From Escherichia coli (GTDB lineage Bacteria; Pseudomonadota; Gammaproteobacteria; Enterobacterales; Enterobacteriaceae): DNA of 64,000 nt. The stretch lies in the NCBI RefSeq assembly GCF_001677475.2, contig NZ_CP015229.1. One strand, written 5' to 3'. The position numbers and the translations under genes were made by a program. The notes under the pieces were generated by a model. It was given only the letters and a program-made list of their open reading frames with translations, made no database searches and was not told where the DNA came from. Shown in pieces: positions 52,901 to 62,183 of the stretch (positions are counted from its first letter, which is position 1; the number at the start of each line of letters is the position of its first letter).

Positions 52901-53127
52901 CGAAATTTGCCAATCAACTTCTTATTGCTACTGAATCCATCTTCGCTCTGCAAAATATCTAAGAGTTCTTGCAGGTTTTCAATTAATTCCTGCTCATACT
53001 CGGCAAATTTGATAGCAACAGGAAATGTATTCTCAAAGAAGCTATCGGCTTTGGCTTTCCGGTAAGCGACCAGAAGGTCTTCAATCGTCAGATCATCCCA
53101 GCCAGTGAAAGTTGCCTGATATGTCAT
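49918..53127 (-). CDS. Reverse transcriptase-nitrilase fusion protein (UG/Abi-type defence-associated RT architecture)
   Basis: 1069 aa; RT motifs LDLKSYYHFIDP, GGLVIGLTASRIISNILL, YGRYVDDMF; C-terminal CN-hydrolase signatures FPELSIP and GVMICSELQN; low-GC gene. Confidence 0.75.
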   Translation of the reverse strand: MTYQATFTGWDDLTIEDLLVAYRKAKADSFFENTFPVAIKFAEYEQELIENLQELLDILQSEDGFSSNKKLIGKFRLLPKKLTTKKKHEFQNGHVHFSNPKRAADHLFNNFDLIPEFRIIGDFPVDSHIISALWINMVGHKFDASLDNCCYGARLKRIRNDELFSNEQDNPFHISAVGSFSPYFQPYQKWRGDGLKAIRDELEKDRDIIAASLDLKSYYHFIDPLAITSDDLYNTLNIKLTEHEKAFTAQLAVFLKHWSDGAAAFGKKIAYKTPVINGGLVIGLTASRIISNILLHHWDKLVIEKLSPIHYGRYVDDMFLVIRDTGKITNNHEFMLLLQDRLGNDCVYLKNEKKQIWQIQQGEHFQGKTTIQLQSDKQKLFVLQGRAGIDLLDSIEKEIYELSSEHRLMPSPDQLEHSTAAKVLSAAGSVGENADTLRRADGLTIRRLGWSLQLRYVETLARDLSPSEWKEQREEFYQFAYNHILRADNLFAHFSYLPRLLGFAISMNEWQHAEKIVLKAYESINLLASVITSGKEVTINGCKTRAVNDLWRCIKGTLSWLFVDAATRYYSPDRLFLDKRSKKEECLADTFFNHISQSLTNLKDLLDLRFDSADFYLKAPLVARADLAKEPYKQIVKSQSAEKLVNQRDRKKEVKILKLMRDSSLIDIDVIKLFLKSTKNTRLEKVAKGNRKNESYLPYIFPTRPLTPAEISELAPECVGLPSTSDKKPDERPSTVWAKYTQALRGVWIKPTLLASEQDSDEATKKARPKKFIHIGTDRKHKIVVALTSIKTEEDDWAKMACNKSNLSRSRYQRISELVNATLKLSPKPDYVLFPELSIPLRWVNSIADRLSSAGISLIAGTEYRHLGDNQLKSEAVLVLSDNRLGYPASVKIWQPKLEPAVGEDEALFSTYGKSWDSTLNVKQRKPVYIHHGVNFGVMICSELQNSKARIRFQGALDALMVLSWNKDLDTFASLIESAALDIHAYTILVNNRKYGDSRVRSPAKEPFMRDIARVKGGDNDFVIAATLDIDSLRAFQSRAKRWPKGGDKFKPLPEGFQLAKNRKKLPPK

Positions 53128-53330
53128 GCGTTATCGTCCTTAGATTAAAGTCTGTACAGAATTAGCCAGCCGTTTCATGCCCGAAGGAGGTGCTCTTGAC
53201 ACCAGTAATCCATCAGTGAGGCTGGCAATAATTTTGATTTGTATCCATGTTACACGCTCCCCGCAACCAGTCCGAGCATATATTTGTCACATTTTTCCCG
53301 AAAGTGATTAAGTTTGAATTTTTTGTTTAA

Positions 53331-53349
53331 TGTCGATTTTTAGTCGACA
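53331..53349. promoter_or_regulatory. Inverted repeat tgtcga-N7-tcgaca in divergent promoter region (candidate operator)
   Basis: Palindrome ~75 bp upstream of AbiEi-like gene; AbiEi antitoxins autoregulate via promoter inverted repeats. Confidence 0.35.
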
Positions 53350-53422
53350 AAATGAGGAATAAGTAAATTATTTCTTGCTGTGGCGTATCCCTGAACCTAC
53401 ACTGGTTTAAATATTTGTACTA

Positions 53423-54226
53423 ATGTCTATTCAGGGGCGACATTTGCCAAATTATCTAAACTGGCTGATGCAGAATACGCTACCCGGTCAGGTGCTGCTC
53501 CAGTCATGGCTTACCCGCAACGGCGTAGATCGTAAGCTCTCTTACCTCTATGTCCAGAATGGCTGGCTCAGGCGGATCGCTCACGGCGTATACTGCCGGA
53601 CGGGTCGTGAACCGGACTGGGTGGACGCGGTTTACTGCCTGCAAACACAGTGGGAAAAGCCAGTACGGGTGGCGGGGCTAACCAGCCTTGCGCTTCAGGG
53701 CCATGCGCACTATACCGAACCGGGTAAGCCGCAAATCTGGCTCGCGCTTCCGGCTTACGTCAAACTGCCGGGATGGTTTGCTGCCTTCGAACAATCTGCA
53801 ACATTTATCACGCTGTATACATCGGGCCTTACCGTTGATGTCACGTCATTTACTACGGAACTGAAAATTGGCGACCGGCAGTTAGCAGGCAGTGCCCCGG
53901 AACTGGCCGCGTATGAGATCGCCTGCGGCGTTCCTTCGTTGATATCGTTCGAACATGCCGATGCTCTGTTTCAGGGGATGAATCTTCTCAGCCCGCGTAA
54001 ATTGCAGGCGTTACTCTGCGCCAGTCATTCGGTTAAAACCAACCGGGTGATGCTTTACCTTGCCCGGCGTAATGGACACCCTTATTTTCAGTATATTGAT
54101 CAAAGCGGTATAGAAACAGGTACGGGAAAGCGGCAAATCATACCCGGCGGCTGGCTGGAGCCGGATTATCAAATTACTGTTCCACGCGAATTTAAACCGG
54201 AAGGAGTCGAAGATGGATCTGCGTGA
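53423..54226 (+). CDS. AbiEi-like antitoxin / transcriptional regulator (type IV TA)
   Basis: 267 aa; N-terminal AbiEi-type wHTH-like region (LTRNGVDRKLSYLYVQNGWLRRIAHGVYCRTG); overlaps downstream NTase gene by 14 bp. Confidence 0.6.
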   Translation: MSIQGRHLPNYLNWLMQNTLPGQVLLQSWLTRNGVDRKLSYLYVQNGWLRRIAHGVYCRTGREPDWVDAVYCLQTQWEKPVRVAGLTSLALQGHAHYTEPGKPQIWLALPAYVKLPGWFAAFEQSATFITLYTSGLTVDVTSFTTELKIGDRQLAGSAPELAAYEIACGVPSLISFEHADALFQGMNLLSPRKLQALLCASHSVKTNRVMLYLARRNGHPYFQYIDQSGIETGTGKRQIIPGGWLEPDYQITVPREFKPEGVEDGSA

Positions 54227-55133
54227 TAGCTATACCCGGCAGGTCAAACTGTTGATGGCCGCTCTGCCGCATGTGGCGAAGGAGTCCTGTTTCGCGTTGA
54301 AAGGCGGCACGGCAATCAATTTGTTTGTGCAGGATTTTCCCCGTCTGTCGGTGGATATCGATCTGGCGTATAAGACTTTTGCGGATCGCGATACCGATTT
54401 GACGGCGATCAACGACGCTTTGAAGAGAATTACTGCATCGCTGAACAGTAAACCGGGGATTACCGCGATTCGGCAGGAAAATAAAACGGATGAAAAGCGC
54501 ATCATTGTGAATACGGCTGATGCCCAGATTAAGATCGAGGTTAGTCCGGTCTGGCGTGGGCTGTTGTTGCCTCCGGCAGAAATGTCGGTGTGCGAACGTG
54601 TGGAAATGGAGTATGGCTTCACCACTATGAGTGTCGTTTCGCTGGCGGATCTTTATGGCGGTAAAATCTGCGCAGCGCTTGATCGTCAGCACCCGCGCGA
54701 TCTGTTTGATGTGCTGAATATGCTGGAGAAACCGGGACTGATGCGGGAGATCTTTGACGGTTTTCTTTGTTATCTGGCAGGCCATCCCCGCCCCATTGCC
54801 GAGTTGCTGGCCCCAAACTGGGATACAGAGCGGATCACGACGCTGTATGCCCAGGAATTTTCGGGGATGACTCAGCAGGAAACGTCGCTGGAATCGCTGC
54901 TGTCAGTAACGACTTTGCTGCCGCAGGCGTTGAAGTCACATCTTACGGATCTGGATCGCGAGTTCTTGCTCAGTTTTAAGCAAAACAGCCCTGACTGGTC
55001 GCGGTATCGCTATCCTGAAATTCAGCATCTTCCGGCTATTCGCTGGAAGCAACGCAATCTGGCGGTGCTTAAAGATAAAAATCCGGCGAAGTATGTGGCG
55101 GCGGTGAATAAGCTAGAGAGGGTGCTGGAGTAA
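54213..55133 (+). CDS. AbiEii-like nucleotidyltransferase toxin (DUF1814-type)
   Basis: 306 aa; NTase motif LKGGTAINLF ... RLSVDIDLAY (hGG...DhD). Confidence 0.65.
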   Translation: MDLRDSYTRQVKLLMAALPHVAKESCFALKGGTAINLFVQDFPRLSVDIDLAYKTFADRDTDLTAINDALKRITASLNSKPGITAIRQENKTDEKRIIVNTADAQIKIEVSPVWRGLLLPPAEMSVCERVEMEYGFTTMSVVSLADLYGGKICAALDRQHPRDLFDVLNMLEKPGLMREIFDGFLCYLAGHPRPIAELLAPNWDTERITTLYAQEFSGMTQQETSLESLLSVTTLLPQALKSHLTDLDREFLLSFKQNSPDWSRYRYPEIQHLPAIRWKQRNLAVLKDKNPAKYVAAVNKLERVLE

Positions 55134-55538
55134 TATTCTTAGCGCTGTTCAGGGACTCTGAATTGGGCCATGATGCTTTGGTTATATGAATAACTTCGTG
55201 GCCATAACTCAAACATATTCATTTAATTCAATACATAGCACCATCGAGTAAGAGATCGCTGAGTCATTAGACGATCTCTGCTCGTGGAAATACGAAACTA
55301 TCTCTTTCCAAAGCTGATCTGAATAACATTATCTGGAGCATCATTATTAGACCTGATGATCTCATGCTCAATAAAATCCCCCCATTTCAAAAAAAGATCC
55401 CGTAATTTTTCCGCCTGCTGCCCGACCTGATAAGTTCTGATTAATCTGTCTTTCGGAACATGATTCAACAGAAGTTCTATAAGCCGTTCTGGCGCATCCA
55501 GATACTCAGCACAGCCTGTAGAGTGCAGGTGCAGACAT

Positions 55539-56438
55539 TTAAGCCAATTGCTGCCGCCATTCCTTGACGTGGTCAATCAGGGCGCGGAGCTTTGGTGCAA
55601 TATTGCGACGCTGTGGGAAATACAGATAGAAGCCCGGAAATTGTGGAAGAAAGTCATCAAGCAGCGATACAAGCTTACCGCTTTCAATATATGGCCTGAA
55701 CGTTTCCTGAGTGGCAATTGTTATTCCTCCGCCGGCAAGAGCCAGCCTCAACATCAGACGCAGATCATTCGTCGTAATCTGCGGTTCAATCGCAAGGTCG
55801 AAAGCTCTACCGTTTTCTTCAAATGGCCAGCGATAAGGAGCAACCTCCGGGGACTGACGCCAGCCGATACACTTATGATTCACAAGTTCACGCGGGTGAA
55901 CAGGTGTGCTGTTGGCTGCGAGATAGGAGGGAGAGGCAACGACCATTTCACGCTGCCTGGCGGTAAGGGGAACAGCAATCATGTCTTTTTCAATGACCTC
56001 TCCGAGCCTTACGCCAGCATCGTAACCTGCGGCAACGATATCGAATTCCTCATCCGTGACAACAATATCAAGCGTAACGGCTGGATTGGCAGCTGCAAAC
56101 GAAGCGATTAGCGGACCTGAAAGAAATTCTTCTGCTATCGACGTCACCGCGATTCTGAGATGTCCACGTGGTACATGGTCAGAAACCATCTCTTCGAACG
56201 CTGCCTCAATACCGGATAAAGGTAATGACAACGATTTATGCAGCCGTTCTCCCGCTTCCGTCAAATTAACTGAGCGCGTGGTCCGCATTACAAGCATTGT
56301 CCCGAATGCATCTTCAAGGCGTCTTATTCCCTGACTGACCGCTGAACGGGTAACGCCCAGTCGTGCGGCGGCTTTACTGAAATTACTCTCTTCTGCTACC
56401 GCGATAAAAATGGGTAAAAGATTAAGATCGATTTTCAT
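55539..56438 (-). CDS. LysR-family transcriptional regulator
   Basis: 299 aa; N-terminal HTH (FSKAAARLGVTRSAVSQGIRRLE) and LysR substrate-binding domain. Confidence 0.9.
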   Translation of the reverse strand: MKIDLNLLPIFIAVAEESNFSKAAARLGVTRSAVSQGIRRLEDAFGTMLVMRTTRSVNLTEAGERLHKSLSLPLSGIEAAFEEMVSDHVPRGHLRIAVTSIAEEFLSGPLIASFAAANPAVTLDIVVTDEEFDIVAAGYDAGVRLGEVIEKDMIAVPLTARQREMVVASPSYLAANSTPVHPRELVNHKCIGWRQSPEVAPYRWPFEENGRAFDLAIEPQITTNDLRLMLRLALAGGGITIATQETFRPYIESGKLVSLLDDFLPQFPGFYLYFPQRRNIAPKLRALIDHVKEWRQQLA

Positions 56439-56536
56439 TGTTTAATGCCGCTAACCACTGAGTACATTGAAAGCAGGATACTGGAACCAATCATAAAGTT
56501 CTATTATCTCTCCGAACACATTTGAAGGAGAACGTA

Positions 56537-57259
56537 ATGGATAAGGTCATATTAATCACCGGCGCATCAAGTGGTATTGGGGAAGGTATTGCCAGAGAAC
56601 TGGGAACGACAGGTGCGAAGGTTTTACTGGGCGCACGCAGAGTTGAGCGTATCGAAGCCATTGCAACCGAAATCTGCCTCGCAGGAGGAATTGCTAAAGC
56701 GCGGGAGTTGGATGTCACAGACCGACAGTCCATGGCCGATTTCGTGCAAGCAGCGCTGGATAACTGGGGGCGAGTTGATGTTCTTATCAATAATGCGGGC
56801 GTTATGCCGCTTTCACCGCTTGCAGCAGGAAAACAGGATGAATGGGAGCTCACTATTGACGTGAATATCAAAGGTGTACTGTGGGGAATTGGCGCTGTAC
56901 TTCCGGTGATGGAAGCACAGGGTTCCGGTCAGATAATCAATCTTGGTTCTATTGGTGCCCTTTCTGTTGTGCCCACAGGCGCAGTCTATTGTGCATCAAA
57001 ATTTGCAGTACGGGCTATTTCTGATGGCTTACGGCAGGAAAGCTCGAAAATCCGTGTGACCTGCGTAAATCCTGGCGTTGTCGAAAGTGAACTGGCTTCA
57101 ACCATTACCCATGTGGAAACCATGAAGGCAATGGACGCCTACCGTTCTGTTGCACTTCAACCCGCGGATATTGCCCGTGCTGTAAGGCATATTATTGAAT
57201 CTCCCGAAAGCGTTGATACAACCGAAATTACCATCAGACCCACTGCATCTGCAAACTGA
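56537..57259 (+). CDS. Short-chain dehydrogenase/reductase (SDR)
   Basis: TGASSGIG Rossmann motif; catalytic YxxxK (YCASK); divergent from LysR gene. Confidence 0.9.
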   Translation: MDKVILITGASSGIGEGIARELGTTGAKVLLGARRVERIEAIATEICLAGGIAKARELDVTDRQSMADFVQAALDNWGRVDVLINNAGVMPLSPLAAGKQDEWELTIDVNIKGVLWGIGAVLPVMEAQGSGQIINLGSIGALSVVPTGAVYCASKFAVRAISDGLRQESSKIRVTCVNPGVVESELASTITHVETMKAMDAYRSVALQPADIARAVRHIIESPESVDTTEITIRPTASAN

Positions 57260-57470
57260 AGAATAACTTTTACATTCACGTTTTATTAAATATGTCAGAA
57301 GGAAAATTTATATCCACCTGTTTTGCATAGCAAGATGCATTATGTATTGCTCACCCCGAAGGAGATGAAGTTTTAATTACAGAAGGAGTATTTTCTCTTG
57401 GAGTAAATATGGCTCATGTTTAATGCCTATGTATATAAAACTCATCCTCTCAATTGTCAGGAGAATTAAC

Positions 57471-57701
57471 ATGAATACTATCTGTTCTTTAATTGTTGTG
57501 GTTACACTGTCTTTATTATCATTCAGTAGCGTCGCCAAAACGATTACTGCCGTCGGTTCAACCATCGACAGCACTGAAAAAGAAATTTCTTTACAGGCAG
57601 AAAAACAAGGAAAATCATATAAAATTCTGGGCGCATTTTTCAAGAACAGAGTTTATATTATAGCAAAGTTAACACCAGTCAGTAAAAATGATGCTTCATA
57701 A
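57471..57701 (+). CDS. Small secreted protein, DUF1471 (YdgH/BhsA)-like
   Basis: 76 aa with signal peptide; RBS caggag before ATG 57471. Confidence 0.55.
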   Translation: MNTICSLIVVVTLSLLSFSSVAKTITAVGSTIDSTEKEISLQAEKQGKSYKILGAFFKNRVYIIAKLTPVSKNDAS

Positions 57702-57752
57702 GGCTCATGATATAATTTTTAAGACATGATCAAGAAGCACGTTTATTTATTC

Positions 57753-57880
57753 ATATACTCTAAATAATTCAAGTTGCAGGAAGGCGACAAGTGAGTGAAT
57801 CCCCAGGAGCTTACAAAAGTAAGTGACTGGGGTGAATGAACGCAGTCGCAGCACATGCAACTTGAAGTATGACGAGTATA
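57753..57880. repeat. ERIC (IRU) element, second copy
   Basis: gtgaatccccaggagcttac and aagtaagtgactggggtgaatg; ~90% identical to copy at 38882. Confidence 0.85.
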
Positions 57881-58527
57881 ATTATCATTATTATGGCCAT
57901 GGAATACCTGACAAATGACGCTACCCCAACCTTCTGTACCAGTCGTTCTGCTAATTCTACCGATGCTTCGGTCTGGAGTGGTAGAGTAATATTAGACACA
58001 GTTTTATTTTCTCTCTTTTTCGAGGGCTGTATATGAACAGGAAGAATACATCCCTAAGCGGTTAATGCTGGCGTAATCAATAGACCAGCATTAATCACAG
58101 ATGATTATCAATCAGACAGAAATGGTTAAATCGTCGAATTCATAATTAATACTTTTTGTAACGCCGCTGAATAGCTTGAAAAGGATGTATATTTTAAATA
58201 TCAGTGAAGTGAACAGTTTATTGCCGTTATTAATAGAAATGGAGGAATAAATACGCGTATTCTACTATTGCAACAAAAACAACGATATTGATCATTTTTC
58301 ATAATGAAGTAACCTGACAGATATAAAAATGTTGATTGAGGCTAAATGCCCGGATGAAGGTTGTCGAGGGAGCCAGGTTGTTTTTTCTTTTGGATGATCT
58401 CCATTGCTGGATAGTCCCCTTGTACAGATAAGTCTGCTCTTTCTCGCTCAAAGCAGACCCTGGAATTGAACGCAGAGTGACTACCTGACACAATATTGCA
58501 CCGTGAAGAGTCGGTCGTTGTTAACGT

Positions 58528-59412
58528 TCAGATTTTCAATGTATCAATGACCATCCGCAGAGCGGGGGAGACGTTGCGATGAGGGTAATAGAGAAACAAT
58601 CCCTCCATTCGCAGGCTGTAACGCTGCAACACTCTGATAAGCTTACCGTGTTCTAAATCATCCGCGACCAGTTCAACAGGAACATAGGCCAATCCGAGGC
58701 CCAGCCGGGCTGCTTCTGCTTCCATATAGCTGTCGGATAAGGCCCATTGCCCTTCAGGGCGATGAGTGATTTTTTTATCATCCTGATTGAGTTCCCACTG
58801 GTATACGCTGCCGTCGGCAAACTGATAGGCGATACAGGGATGCGCCTTTAAATCCGCCGGGGTTTGCGGAAAACCATAGCGACGAAAATGTTCCGGAGTC
58901 CCCACAATTGCCATCTCCATATCGGGCGTGATGCGTACCGCGACCATGCCCTGACCGACTTCAGGCCCCAGGCGGACACCTGCATCGAATCTTTCCTCGA
59001 TGATATCGACGAACCGGCTCTCATTTATCAGTTCAAGCCGGATATCAGGATATCGCTGTTTAAATACCGCCAGCTTTGGCAGCAGGCATTTATCAATCGC
59101 GTGCTGGCTGGCATTGATACGCACCGTGCCGGAGGGCGTCTCTCGATAGTGCGCCAGCGTGGCAAGCCCAAGATCTAACATTTCAAATCCAGATGCCGTC
59201 TTCTGGTAGAGCTGCTCGCCTGCTTGTGTCAGCGACAGTTTACGCGTGGTGCGCACTAGCAGCTGGACGCCCAGCCTTTCTTCAAGCTCGCGAACAGAAC
59301 GGCTGACTCCTGACTGAGCAAGACCCAGCCGCTGAGCTGCTGCGGTAAAGCTGCCTTCCCGCACCACCTGCATAAACAGGTACAGCTCGTTGTAGTTCTC
59401 CCTTTTCGCCAT
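58528..59412 (-). CDS. LysR-family transcriptional regulator
   Basis: 294 aa; HTH FTAAAQRLGLAQSGVSRSVRELE. Confidence 0.9.
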   Translation of the reverse strand: MAKRENYNELYLFMQVVREGSFTAAAQRLGLAQSGVSRSVRELEERLGVQLLVRTTRKLSLTQAGEQLYQKTASGFEMLDLGLATLAHYRETPSGTVRINASQHAIDKCLLPKLAVFKQRYPDIRLELINESRFVDIIEERFDAGVRLGPEVGQGMVAVRITPDMEMAIVGTPEHFRRYGFPQTPADLKAHPCIAYQFADGSVYQWELNQDDKKITHRPEGQWALSDSYMEAEAARLGLGLAYVPVELVADDLEHGKLIRVLQRYSLRMEGLFLYYPHRNVSPALRMVIDTLKI

Positions 59413-59598
59413 TGAAACATCCCCCCTTCATGCCGGCAATCTCCGCATTAATTTATAACAATATGGTATTAATCTTAGCATTAATCGCCCCCTAATCAGC
59501 ACTAATTCTGCTCATTATAATGACCCCATCAAAGCAAAGCACCGCAGCGTTGTCCGTCGGAAACCTGTATCTCTCTGTTGTTTTTTATGGGGATTTTT

Positions 59599-60735
59599 AT
59601 GAAAGCCTTCACCCGAACGCTAAAAACCGCGATGCCGACCATGTTGCTTTTCGCATCATTAAGTGGAGTCACGACAATGAGTTATGCTGATTCAACCAAT
59701 CCTAATGCCCCTGTGTCCATGACAGATAAATGGGATAAAACGTTCGCCGAGAGCCAGAAAGTCGATCACCGTAAAGTCTCGTTCCCGAACCGATATGGCA
59801 TCACCTTAGTGGGCGATCTTTACCTGCCTAAAGACCGTGGCGATCGCAAACTGGCGGCGATTGCGGTCAGTGGGCCATTTGGCGCGGTGAAAGAGCAATC
59901 CAGCGGCTTGTATGCGCAGACGCTGGCGGAACGAGGGTTTGTTACCCTGGCGTTCGATCCTTCTTACACCGGGGAAAGCGGCGGCTATCCGCGAAACGTC
60001 GCCTCACCGGATATCAACACTGAAGATTTCAGCGCGGCGGTGGATTTCTTAGGGCTGCAAAAAGAGGTAGATCGCAACCGTATCGGGCTGCTCGGTATTT
60101 GTGGCTGGGGCGGCATGGCGCTGAACGACGCGGCGATGGATACCCGCGTTAAAGCGGTAGCTACCAGCGTGATGTATGACATGAGCCGGGCGATGGGTCA
60201 TGGTGTGGGGGATGGCAAAGACCGTTATTCTATCGCCGACCGTCGTGCTGTTCTGCAATATCTGAATGAACAGCGCCGGAAGGATGCGCAGAGCGGAACG
60301 TTCGCTCACGGTGGTCATGATATTAATGTCGATAGCAACGGCAAGGTCAGTGCTGGCGAGCGCATTCTGCCAGAAACGCTGCCGGCAAATCCTCATCCGG
60401 TACTGAAAGAGTTCTTTGACTACTATCGCATGCCGCGCGGCTTCCACGAACGTTCCGTTAACTCTACCGGGGCGTGGACGGCAACGATGCCGCTGTCATT
60501 TATGAATATGCCGCTGTTGAGCTACGCCAGTGAAATCACCATTCCGACGCTGATTGTGACCGGTGAGAAAGCACATTCACGTTATTTTGCTGAAGATGCT
60601 TACAAGGCGGTTGGCAGTAAAGACAAAGAGCTGGTGGTGGTACCAGGGGCAAATCACGTGGACCTGTACGATAACGTGGCCGGAAAAATACCTTTCGCGA
60701 AGTTCGAACAATTTTTCCAGACCAAACTGAAATAA
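59599..60735 (+). CDS. Secreted alpha/beta hydrolase (dienelactone hydrolase-like, Cys nucleophile)
   Basis: Signal peptide; nucleophile elbow GICGWGG; divergent from LysR gene. Confidence 0.7.
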   Translation: MKAFTRTLKTAMPTMLLFASLSGVTTMSYADSTNPNAPVSMTDKWDKTFAESQKVDHRKVSFPNRYGITLVGDLYLPKDRGDRKLAAIAVSGPFGAVKEQSSGLYAQTLAERGFVTLAFDPSYTGESGGYPRNVASPDINTEDFSAAVDFLGLQKEVDRNRIGLLGICGWGGMALNDAAMDTRVKAVATSVMYDMSRAMGHGVGDGKDRYSIADRRAVLQYLNEQRRKDAQSGTFAHGGHDINVDSNGKVSAGERILPETLPANPHPVLKEFFDYYRMPRGFHERSVNSTGAWTATMPLSFMNMPLLSYASEITIPTLIVTGEKAHSRYFAEDAYKAVGSKDKELVVVPGANHVDLYDNVAGKIPFAKFEQFFQTKLK

Positions 60736-60810
60736 AACCTCTCCTGAATTGATGCAAAGCCACCGGTCTATGGCAGGTGGCTTTTATCCTGATCTTTGTG
60801 AAATTTCACT

Positions 60811-62004
60811 ATGTCGACACTAAGCCAAACACTATCACCTCATCATCAGCGCGCATACTGGGGCGGTATTTTTGCCATGACCCTGTGCGTGTTTGTGCTG
60901 ATTGCTTCTGAATTTATGCCCGTCAGCCTGCTCACGCCGATTACCCGCGATTTAGGCGTGACGGAGGGGCTTGCAGGGCAGGGGATTGCTATCTCCGGCG
61001 CGCTGGCGGTTCTGACCAGCCTGACGCTTTCAACGCTAGCTGGAAAGATGAATCGTAAGTTCCTGCTGCTGGGGATGACGGTTCTGATGGCCGTATCGGG
61101 GCTTATTATTGCGCTGGCTTCCAGTTATCTGATGTATATGGTCGGTCGTGCGATGATTGGGGTGGCCATTGGCGGTTTTTGGTCGATGTCAGCGGCAACG
61201 GCGATTCGTCTGGTGCCGCAGCATCAGGTTACGCGTGCGCTGGCGATTTTCAACGCCGGTAATGCGCTGGCGACGGTCGTGGCCGCGCCGCTGGGAAGCT
61301 ATCTGGGGGCCACGGTCGGATGGCGAGGCGCTTTCTTGTGCCTGGTGCCTATCGCGGTTGTCGCCTTTATCTGGCAGTACATCAGCCTGCCCAGTATGGA
61401 TGCGAATAAAAGCCACACGTCAGCTGGCGATGTATTCCGCATACTTAGCCGCCGCGTGATTGCGGTTGGCATGCTGGCCTGCGGCCTGTTTTTCATGGGG
61501 CAGTTTGCACTATTCACCTATGTGCGCCCGTTTCTGGAGTCGGTGACACGGGTTAATTCCTTAGGCTTGTCGTTGATTTTGCTGATTATCGGCGTGGCCG
61601 GTTTTATTGGCACGCTGGTTGTTTCGGCATTTCTCAACAGAAAATTCTACCCCACGCTGATGGCCATACCCGGACTGATGGCCGTCATTGCTATCGGTCT
61701 GATGCTTACCGGGCATCACGTCTGGACGGTCTCGCTGCTGTTAGGACTCTGGGGCATGCTGGCCACCGCCGCGCCAACCGGATGGTGGACATGGATTGCG
61801 CGTACGTTGCCTGACAACGCCGAAGCCGGAGGCGGCCTCATGGTCGCGGTGATTCAGCTCGCCATCGCCCTTGGATCAACGGCAGGAGGCATCGTGTTTG
61901 ACCGCCTTGGCTGGCAGAGTACGTTTGCCATGAGTAGCGTGCTGCTCCTTTGCGCGGGCGTACTGACCTTTGTTACCGCACGCCAGAAGGCCGGTGCGTT
62001 TTAG
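60811..62004 (+). CDS. MFS transporter
   Basis: 397 aa, 12 predicted TM segments. Confidence 0.85.
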   Translation: MSTLSQTLSPHHQRAYWGGIFAMTLCVFVLIASEFMPVSLLTPITRDLGVTEGLAGQGIAISGALAVLTSLTLSTLAGKMNRKFLLLGMTVLMAVSGLIIALASSYLMYMVGRAMIGVAIGGFWSMSAATAIRLVPQHQVTRALAIFNAGNALATVVAAPLGSYLGATVGWRGAFLCLVPIAVVAFIWQYISLPSMDANKSHTSAGDVFRILSRRVIAVGMLACGLFFMGQFALFTYVRPFLESVTRVNSLGLSLILLIIGVAGFIGTLVVSAFLNRKFYPTLMAIPGLMAVIAIGLMLTGHHVWTVSLLLGLWGMLATAAPTGWWTWIARTLPDNAEAGGGLMVAVIQLAIALGSTAGGIVFDRLGWQSTFAMSSVLLLCAGVLTFVTARQKAGAF

Positions 62005-62183
62005 TCCGGCGAGGGGGCGCGTTGCTGAATAAGTTACACACGGCGATGAGCGCCCACTATGGGTTGGGCGCTCTTTTAAACGATTTAGGTGATTTTCTAA
62101 AACGGCTACTGCAAATTTTTCTCTTAATTTATGGGTATTTCCCCCGGAGGCGAGAAAGCGCTCTCCACGCCCGGCCGCAAGGA

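Noticed and set aside
55298-55576. 92-aa minus-strand ORF downstream of the LysR gene
   Set aside because: Overlaps the LysR 3' end by 38 bp and has no recognisable motif or RBS; cannot be supported as a gene, though a gene remnant is not excluded.
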